Assembly (NCBI RefSeq): GCF_002113885.1
Contig: NW_018408761.1
Span: 997,580-1,061,579 of the forward strand
From: Mizuhopecten yessoensis
Taxonomy: Eukaryota
DNA: 64,000 nt
Direction of reading: 5' to 3'
A program made the translations under genes and the position numbers. This document shows, in pieces, positions 46,778-55,605 of the stretch. Below the pieces are notes generated by a model. It had not been told where the DNA came from and ran no database searches. It was given only the letters and a program-made list of their open reading frames with translations. Position 1 is the stretch's first letter. Each line of letters starts with the position of its first letter.

Positions 46778-48637
46778 TTTAGCTCACCTGCCCGAACGGC
46801 AAGTGAGCTTATGCCATGGCGCGGCGTCCAGCATCCTTCAACTTTTCCTAAAAATCGCTACTAGTCATAAACGACTGAGCAGATTTTGACCAAATTTGGT
46901 CAGAAGCATCCTTATGGGAAGGGGAACAAATTTTGTATAAATGGTGGGTCTGGCCCCCCTGGTGGCTGAGGGGTGTGGCCCAATAGGGAACACATAGTAA
47001 ATTCTTTAAAATCCTTCTCCTTCTGTAGGATTGAAAGGATTTGTTCCATATTTGGTCTGATGCATCCTTAGAGAAAGAGGAACCAATTTTGTATAAACCG
47101 TGGGTCTGGACCCCGAGGGGCCTGAGGGGTGGGGCCCAATAGGGAACACATAGTAAATTCTTTAAAAACCTTCCTCTTCTGTAGGAATGAAAGGATTTGT
47201 TCCATATTTGGTCTGAAGCATCCTTAGGGAAAGAGGAACCAATTTTGTATAAACCGCGGGTCTGGCCCCCGAGGGGCCTGAGGGGTGGGGCCCTATAGGG
47301 ATCACATAGTAAATTCTTTAAAATCCTTCCTCTTCTGTAGGAATAAAAGGATTTGTTCCATATTTAGTCTGAAGCATCCTTGGGTAAAGGGGAACCAATT
47401 TTTTATAAACCATGGGTCTGGCCCCACAGGGGCCTGAGCGACGGGGCCCAGTATGGGAAACTGAACAATTTCTTTAAAATCCTTCTTCTCTGTAGGAATG
47501 AAAGGATTTGTTCCATATTTGGTCGGAAGCATCCTTCGGTGAAGGGGAACCAATTTTGTATAAACAAGAGGTCTGGCCCCCAGGAACTTGAGGGGCGGGG
47601 CCAAAAGGGGGCAGTTGCGCTATATTAATTTAAGCGACTTCTTCTCTGGAACTAAGGGATAGATATCAACCATATTTGACTGAAAGCATCCCTCGGAAGA
47701 GGAGATTCAAAATTGTACAAATGGTTGGGCTGACCCCCCGTGCTAAGGGGTGAGGGTTGCTATTAACGACTTATTCTGTAGAATTATGCTAAGGATATCA
47801 ATCATATTTGGTCAGAAGTATTCATGGGAGGTAGGGATTCAAAATTGTACAAATGTTTGGGCTGACCCCCCTGTGCTAAGGGGTTGGGCCAAAAAAGGTT
47901 TATTACTTGGAAATGGTTGAGATCCCCGCGGTATAACCATATATACAATTGTGGAGTATAAAGGGAAGCATGCACATTTGCTCCCAGGATGGCCTAGGGT
48001 CTGGCCCCACCCTTTGAGACATAGTCCCTGGGTCATAACTTTGAAATGATTGAGATTTCCACCCCAGAACTATATATACAAATGCTTGGCATATAGAGAC
48101 AAAAGTAGTCATGGTATTAGAATAGACCCTGGGGTCTGACCGAACCCCTAGGGACCTAGTTTCTTAGGCAAAGCTTCGAAACAGTTGAGATCCCCACCCT
48201 ATAACCATGCATATATACAATTGCTGAGTATGAAGAGATGATTGCACATATGCTTCCAGGATGGCCTTGGGGTCTGCCCCACCCTTGCAGACTTAACCCC
48301 TGTGTCATAACTTTGAAACAGTTGAGATCCCCACTTTAAAACTATATACAAATGCTGGGCTTAAAGAGAAGAAACCAGTCATGATATTAAGAATTGATCC
48401 AGGGGTCTGGCCACAACCCTAGGGATCTAGTTTCTGAGTCACAGCTTGGAAACAGTTGAGATCCCCACCCCATAACCATACATTAAATTGCTGGGCATGG
48501 AAAATCTAATACAGACATACTACAAGAATTGGCATTTGGATCTGGCATATTCCCTTGGATCTCATTTGGAGAATATTTTGCCATGATTGCTTAGATATCC
48601 AGGTGAGCGATTCAGGCCCTCTGGGCCTCTTGTTTTT
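46778..48637 (+). mobile_element. Long family A composite element, starting about 84 bp downstream of exon 31
   Basis: Head TTTTTAGCTCACCTGCCCGAACGGCAAGTGAGCTTATGCCATGGCGCGGCGTC. Same array order as 44739-46463. Tail TCCAGGTGAGCGATTCAGGCCCTCTGGGCCTCTTGTTTTTT. Confidence 0.7.
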
Positions 48638-48765
48638 TAAATCTACTCTTCATGAATGATAGGTTTCTTCAGTACCTTTAAATTGTGAATGCAATTACCC
48701 TGATGTCTCCCATTCACCACTGGGAAGGGGGAAATTCTGCTACATTTCCTATGGTTATAACAGCT

Positions 48766-50481
48766 TTTAGCTCACCTGGTCCGAAGGACCAGGGTGAGCT
48801 TATGCCATACCATGGCATCCGTCGTCCGTACGTACGTCAACAATTTCTTTAAACGACTTCTTCTTCTTAACCACTGGTTGGAATTAAACTAATTTTGACT
48901 GGAAGCATCCCTAGGTGGTTGGGATTCAAAATTGTACAAATGGTGGGGCTGACTCCCCAGGGGGCTGAGGGGTGGGGCCAAAAGGGGTCAATTTGCCCAT
49001 ATTGCTGTAAGCGACTTCTTCTCTGGAACTAAGAATTGGATATCAACCATATTTGACTGGAAGCATCCCTAGGTGGTGGTGATTAAAAATTGTACAAATG
49101 GCGGGGCTGACTCCCCAGGGGGCTTAGGGGGGGCCAAAAGGGGGCAATTTTGCTATATTGCTACAAACGACTTCTTCTGTAGAACTGTGCACTGGATATC
49201 AATCATATTTGATCAAAAGCATTCCTGGGAGGCAGGGATTTAAAATTGTACAAATGGTGTGGCTGACCCCCCAGGGGGCTGAGGGGCAGGGCCAAAAAGG
49301 GTATTTGGCTATACTGCTTTAAGTGACTTCTTCTCTGGAACTAAGTGATGGATATCAACCTTATTTGACTGGAAGCATCTCTAGGTGGTGGAGATTCAAA
49401 ATTGTACAAACGGTTGGGCTGACCCCCCAGGGGGCTGAGGGGCGGGGCCAAAAGGGGGCAATTTGGTTATATTGCTATAAATGACTTCTTCTGCAGAACT
49501 ATGCCATGGATATTGATCATATTTGGTCGGAAGTATTCATGGGAGGCAGGGATTCAAAATTGTACAAATGGTGGGGCTGACCCCCCGGGCTAAGGGGTGG
49601 GGCCAATAAAATGTATTACTTGGAAATGGTTGAGATCCCCACCATATAACCATATATACAATTGCTGAGTATAAAGAGAAGAATGCACATTTGCTTCCAG
49701 GATGTCCCTAGGGTCTGGCCCCACCCTTGGAGACATAGTCCCTGGGCCATAACTTTAAAACGGTTGAGATCCCCACCCCAAAACTATATATACAAATGCT
49801 GGGCATAAAGAGACGAATGCAATCATGATATCAGAATAGACCCTGGGGTCTGACCGAACCCCTAGGGACCTAGTTTCTTAGTCACAGCTTGGAAACAGTT
49901 GAGAGCCCCACCCTATAACCGTATATATACAATTGCTGAGTATAAAGAGATGATTGCACATATGCTTCCAGGTTGGCCTTGGGGACTGCCCCACCCTTGG
50001 AGACTTAACCCCTGGGTCATAACTTTGAAATGGTTAATATCCCCACCCCAAAACTATATATACAATTGTTGGGCATAAAGAGACGAATGCAGTCATGACA
50101 TTAGAATTGATCCCAGGGTCTGCCCCACCCTTGCAGACTTGGCCCCTGGGTCATAACTTTGAAACGGTTGAGATCCCCACACCAAAACTTTATATACAAA
50201 TGCTTGGCAAAAAGAGACAAATGCAGTCACGATATTAGAATCGATCCTGGGGTCTGGCCACAACTCTAGGGACCTAGTTTCTGAGTCAAAGCTTGGAAAC
50301 AGTTGAGATCCCCACCCCATAACCATACATAAAATTGCTGGGCATGAAAAATTTAATATAGCTATGCTACAAGGATTGGCCTTGGGGTCTGGCATATTCT
50401 CTTGATCTCATTTGGAGAATAGTTTGCCATGATTGCTTAGGTATCCAGGTGAGCGATACAGGCCCTCTGGGCCTCTTGTTT
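48766..50481 (+). mobile_element. Long family A composite element (third consecutive copy)
   Basis: Head TTTTAGCTCACCTGGTCCGAAGGACCAGGGTGAGCTTATGCCATACCATGGCATCCGTCGTC. Tail TCCAGGTGAGCGATACAGGCCCTCTGGGCCTCTTGTTT. Confidence 0.7.
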
Positions 50482-50554
50482 ATTTATCCTCAGCAGAAAA
50501 TAATTCAGTTCAATTTTTGTTATGGCATGGCATCGATATAGAATCTATTTTAGT

Positions 50555-51060
50555 TGTTGTACAACATAAAGATTTGTGGTTAAATTCTAAGCTATGAGAT
50601 ATGAAGTCTCTCTTACTCACCGGTACTCAGTATAACATGAAGATTTGTGGTTAAATTCTTAGCTATGAGATATGAAGTCTCTCTTACTCACCGGTACTTA
50701 GTATAACATGAAGATTTGTGGTTAAATTCTTAGCTATGAGATATGAAATCTCTTTTACTTGCTGTATAACATGAAGATTTGTGGTTAAATTCTTAGCAAT
50801 GAGATATGAAATCTCTTTTACTTGCTGTATTATATGGAGATTTGTGGTTATATTCTCAGCTATATGATATAGAATCTCTTTTACTTGGTGTATAATATGG
50901 AGATTTGTAGTTATATTCTCAGCTATATGATATAGAATCTCTTTTACTTGCTGTATAACATGTAGATTTGTGGTTAAATTCTCAGACATGTGATATAGAA
51001 TATCCTTTACATGGGGAAAATATGAAGTTTGTTGGTAAATTATTAGCTATTTTTAGTGAA
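50555..51060. repeat. 62-71-bp minisatellite, about 8 copies, 170 bp upstream of exon 32
   Basis: The (A/G)AGATTTGTGGTTAAATTCT.AGCTATGAGATATGAA.TCTCT.TTACT.. units are spaced 71, 71, 63, 62, 65, 63 and 62 bp apart. This generates ORF 50684-50989 (-). Confidence 0.9.
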
Positions 51061-51232
51061 CATTGATTAATCAGCCTTAATATTTTTACTTTTGTCAGTT
51101 AAACTATATTTAGTCACTATACTCAATGTAAACTTCTTAATAATACCCACAAAAACCACAGAAGCAATGATTCATGAGTTTACTATTGTACAGTACAGGT
51201 ACATGTGAAGTATTAACATTTCTGTATTTCAG

Positions 51233-51459
51233 GACATGAATGAGTATGATCAGATATATGGTAAGAAGGTGCATACGGAAAAGGACAAAAGCTGTACTGA
51301 TGATGGAAAAAACCCGGTGAAGATGTCCTCATTGTTTTCTCCTTTTAGGCAATCCTTACGAATGATGGCTCCAAGGAAACAGTTAGCAACCAAAGCTGCC
51401 AGAAAATCTGCACCTGCAAACTTTGATGAAAATGAGGAGGAGCAGAATGAGGATGACAG

Positions 51460-51497
<38 letters not shown>

Positions 51498-54313
51498 TTG
51501 AAAAGATGGGCAACTTTAGCTGCATGGCACTTCCAGATGACAACGTGGTTGATGATGCTACGAACAAGAAACAGGAAGTGTCAGATGTAGGAAGAATACC
51601 AGACTCTCCACTCTCAGCAACACAGTTTGGCCCCTTGTCTCCAAAATGTTCAGATTCATTTGGTACAAACTTTGAAAAATTTGAAATCTCTCAGTATTTA
51701 GATGAAGACATGGAGATTGATTTAGATACTGAAGACCCGGCATTCCTCATTCTCACTTCTGAAATATCTGACATATTTTCACCTTCAATGGCAGGCCATT
51801 CTCAGGACACTCCAGCCTATATATCAACCTCCCCATCTTACAAACCAACTTCCCCATCCTATTCGCCCACTTCCCCATCTTACAAACCAACTTCCCCATC
51901 CTATTCGCCCACCTCCCCATCTTACAAACCAACTTCCCCATCCTATTCGCCCACCTCCCCATCTTACAAACCAACTTCTCTATCCTATTCGCCCACTTCC
52001 CCATCTTACAAACCAACTTCTCCATCCTATTCACCAAATAGAAGAGCACGAAGAGCCAAATCAACATTTGAGGATTTCCAACATGAATCAACATCAAACA
52101 ATAAAGATTTTGTGGTTTCAGGTTCAAGACAAGCAAAGTCAAGCAGCACATCTAGTGAACATGGTTTGTGTGGAGCTCCAGTGCAAGCAGAACCAGGCAG
52201 TAAACCAAGTCAGAGCTTCAATTTTAATGCTTCGCTACAAACAGCATCAAGCAATGAACCAACACAAAGTTTGGGATTGGGGGCTCCAAACCTAGCAGAA
52301 CTAGGCGGTAAACCAAGTCAGGGGTTCAATTTTAGTGCTCCTCTAGTAACAGCATCAAGAAATATATCAACACAAAGTTTGGGATTGGGGGCTCCAAACC
52401 TAGCAGAACCAAACACAATGCCAAGTCAAGGGTTTTCCTTTGGAGCTCGAATGCAAACAACTCAAAGCGCTTCACCAGCCGAAGGTTTCAGTTTTTCTCA
52501 GAATCAAACATTGCAGAGCATTACCAGTAAAGGAAGCCATTGTTTTGGATTTGGGACTTCAAAACCAGCCGGAGCAAGCAGAACGACAAGTCAAGGGTTT
52601 TCCTTTGGCGCTCAAATGCAGTCCCAACGATGCAATATACCAACCCAAGATTTCTATTTTGGAGCTTCAAATTCAGCAGGTTTTGGAGATGACGGTGACA
52701 GACGTGGTGGTTATGGAGGTGTCAGTGTTAGACCTGGTGGTTATGGAGATGACAGTGACAGACGTGGTGGTTATGGAGGTGTCAGTGTTAGACGTGGTGG
52801 TTATGGAGGTGTCAGTGAGGGACTTGGTGGTTATGGAGGTGTCAGTGTTAGACGTGGTAGTTATGGAGGTGACAGTGTTAGATGTGGTGGTTATGGAGGT
52901 GTCAGTGAGGAATGTGGTGGTTATGGAGGTGTCAGTGAGGGACTTGGTAGTTATGGAGGTGTCAGTGAGGGACTTGGTAGTTATGGAGATGACGGTGTCG
53001 GACGTGGTGGTTATGGAGATGACAGTGTCGGACGTGGTGGTTATGGAGGTGACAGTGTCGGAGGTGATGGTTATGGAGGTGTCAGTGAGGGATTTGGTGG
53101 TTATGGAGGTGACAGTGAGGGATGTGGTGGTTATGGAGGTGTCAGTGTTAGATGTGGTGGTTATGGAGGTGTCAGTGAGGGACGTGGTGGTTATGGAGGT
53201 GACAGTGAGGGACGTGGTGGTCCTAGACTTGCTGGTTCTAAAGATGGACATGTTTCTTACATAGAAACAGCACCAACATTTACATATTTGAAGGATCTTG
53301 ACTTGAATTTAGCAAAACATGATCCAAAAACTAGGATATTGAAGGAAAATGACAGAAGACCTTCCAGTGTAACAGAGAAGGATCTGCCTTCACAGCCTTT
53401 CAGACATGTACAGGATAAAATGTTCCCACCAGACTTTGATGAATCCTTATTACCTAAACAAAAGAGAAAAATTCCTCCTGTTGGAAGAGGAGGTTCTGGA
53501 TTCACTGCAAGGAATGACCAGGGTCCTGCTGAAACAACCAAAGAACAAGGTCGAAGGTCATTAAAGTCAGTCAGAGGCGCAATGCATGGTGCAAGATCAA
53601 GAGACAGAAATAGGGAACAATCTCGTGAGCTTATTGTGCTGGATAAGAGTAAAAAACTAAGTTTGAGTCATGACAGAAGGCGGAGGAGTTTGAGTAGAAG
53701 TTTGAGTCGAGACAGAAGACAGAGGAGTTTGAGTAGAAGTTTGAGTCGAGACAGAAGGCGGAGGAGTTTGAGTAGAAGTTTGAGTCGAGACAGAAGGCGG
53801 AGGAGTTTGAGTAGAAGTTTGAGTCGAGGAAGGGGGAGAAGAGACTTGGAAAGATGTTACAGTAGAGATAGAGCAAGAAAGGAAAATAAAAAAATGCACA
53901 GATCAAGTGGAAATAATGATACAAACAGTAGGAATAAAAATAGGGACAAAGCAGGAAGCAAAATAGACAGAGATCCTGCAAGAGAAAGTAAGAAACAGAT
54001 AAAGCATAAAAATGAAAAGAAGGAGCAAACAAAGGCTGATGAACAGGTTGTCAAAACATTTGGGAAAAAAGGGAAGAAAAGGGAACAGACAAGGGATGAT
54101 GAAGAGATTGTCAAAACTGGAGGGAAGAACCTGTCAGGAAAGTTGGAATATGATGATCATGAGAAAATGGACTTTACAGTGGACATGGCACCAACTTTGA
54201 AAGTCTGGGATGTAACATCAGAGACAGGCAAGGACATTGTGAAATTCATAAAGTATATTTCTGATTCAATCTTCTTTTATATACAAAAGATCTGTAATTT
54301 TCTACAAATTCAA
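51233..54313 (+). CDS. PARP4: PARP4-like exon 32: 3081-nt low-complexity exon (H3-tail copy, poly-Asp, CTD-like heptads, FG-like, GGYGG, RS and Lys-rich modules)
   Basis: Acceptor TTCTGTATTTCAG| with phase 0 from exon 31. Single open frame of 1027 codons (the track ORF 51236-54337 is the same frame). Donor CAA|GTGAGC after ..KICNFLQIQ (compare vertebrate PARP4 ..SCFLQIK..). An alternative weaker donor is ATCT|GTAATT after 54293. Confidence 0.8.
51368..51418 (+). other. Histone H3 tail copy: [17 protein letters not shown] (identical to H3 residues 15-31)
   Basis: Direct translation of GCT CCA AGG AAA CAG TTA GCA ACC AAA GCT GCC AGA AAA TCT GCA CCT GCA in the exon 32 frame. Confidence 0.9.
51461..51496 (+). 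repeat. (GAT)12 coding microsatellite, poly-Asp tract
   Basis: Twelve uninterrupted GAT codons within [18 protein letters not shown]. Confidence 0.95.
51824..52039 (+). repeat. RNA polymerase II CTD-like heptad array (42-bp two-heptad unit, about 10 heptads)
   Basis: [72 protein letters not shown]. Confidence 0.9.
52214..52687 (+). other. FG-nucleoporin-like segment
   Basis: SFNF, GFNFS, GFSFG, GFSFS, CFGFG, GFSFG, FYFG and AGFG motifs, separated by uncharged S/T/Q/N/A/G/P-rich spacers. Includes a 34-aa duplicated unit ([20 protein letters not shown]). Confidence 0.7.
52700..53221 (+). repeat. 30-bp coding tandem repeat, about 17 copies of the decapeptide (R/L/C)GGYGG(V/D)S(V/E)(R/G)
   Basis: [50 protein letters not shown]...[14 protein letters not shown]. 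Other frames on both strands stay open across it because of the repeat. Confidence 0.9.
53657..53833 (+). repeat. 42-bp coding tandem repeat, 4 copies of [14 protein letters not shown] (RS-domain-like)
   Basis: [62 protein letters not shown]. Confidence 0.9.
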
Positions 54314-54344
54314 GTGAGCTTAAGTGAACTTTCTTGATTAGCTT

Positions 54345-54975
54345 GTAATGATATACAGTCCTGCAGTAAAACTTGTCTAAGAACTCACCTGTCTAAATCA
54401 TCTTGTAGTGTTACAGTCCTACAGTAAAACTTGTCTTAGAACTCACCTGTCTAAATCATCTTGTAATTATATTTATACAGCCCTACAGTAAAACTTGTCT
54501 AAGAACTCACCTGTCTAAATCATCTTGTAATTATATATATACAGTCCTACAGTAAAACTTGTCTTAGAACTCACCTGTCTAAATCATCTTGTAATTATAT
54601 ATATACAGCCCTACAGTAAAACTTGTCTAAGAACTCACCTGTCTAAATCATCTTTTAGTGTTACAGCCCTACAGTAAAACTTGTCTAAGAACTCACCTCT
54701 CTTAATCATCTTGTAATTATATATATACAGTCCGACAGTAAAACTTGTCTTAAAACTCACCTGTCTAAATCATCTTTTAGTGTTACAGCCCTACAGTAAA
54801 ACTTGTCTAAGAATTCACCTGTCTAAATCATCTTGTAGTGTTACAGTACTACAGTAAAACTTGTCTAAGAATTCACCTGTCTAAATCATCTTGTAGTGTT
54901 ACAGCCCTACAGTAAAACTTGTCTAAGAACTCACCTGTCTTAATCATCTTGTAATTATATATATACAGTCCTACA
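54345..54975. repeat. 57-65-bp minisatellite, about 10 copies, starting about 30 bp after the exon 32 donor
   Basis: CCTACAGTAAAACTTGTCT(A/T)AGAACTCACCTGTCTAAATCATCTTGTA(GTGTTACAG / ATTATATATATACAG) repeated. Confidence 0.9.
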
Positions 54976-55605
54976 GCATTTCATGTCTCAGAATCGATTT
55001 GTGTAAACCAACTTGTGTCCATGTTATATTTCATGGTAATCTCAAAATCCAAGATGGTTGCCCTTAGTTATCCTTTTCATTGGGTAAAACCCTTCCTCTG
55101 AGACATTTTCAATTTTTGTATACTAGAAAATGTTTCTTATGTGAAACTCAAATAATGTTGTTACTTTTCATGACAAAAATACAAGATAGCCACCAATGGC
55201 TCCGATTTGCAGACAGTTGCTATTTCTCTATAACAGTAGCAATTGACTTCTAACTAATCTAAATGATTCAAATTTAATGTTCCTGTATTGTTTAAAAAAA
55301 ATGTAATTCATGTGAGCGTTAAAGCTTATTTCGTTTCTTGTTATTATACATATATCTACACTGTCCATAACAACCAAATGCATGCTCAAGGAAAGGCTAA
55401 CTGTTAAAACAGAATCTGATGTCATGCACTTTTTTCCCATATTGATCATTAAGTTTCATTCAACAAACCTTAATCGTTGGATATGGAAAAAATATCCTAG
55501 AATAGATAACAAACTACAGTTTAGAAGTATCATAAATCATTTGGTATATCTAGAACATCTAATTAAAAAGAAAAGAGAATAATAACATTTGTTCTATTGT
55601 TACAG

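Noticed and set aside
44810-50395. Multiple 65-150-codon ORFs on both strands (for example 44920-45366 -, 47302-47604 -, 50093-50395 -)
   Set aside because: All lie within the internal tandem arrays of the three family A elements and repeat the same peptides (..FKEFAMFPLLGP.., ..MVMGWGSQLFPS..). I see no transposase or RT motifs.
52440-53264. Long alternative-frame and antisense ORFs over exon 32 (52440-53264 +, 52673-53251 -, 51753-52151 -, 53631-54032 -, 53657-53899 -, 53857-54114 -)
   Set aside because: They are by-products of the 30-bp and 42-bp coding tandem repeats, which keep other frames free of stops. Only the 51233-54313 frame connects in phase to the flanking exons.
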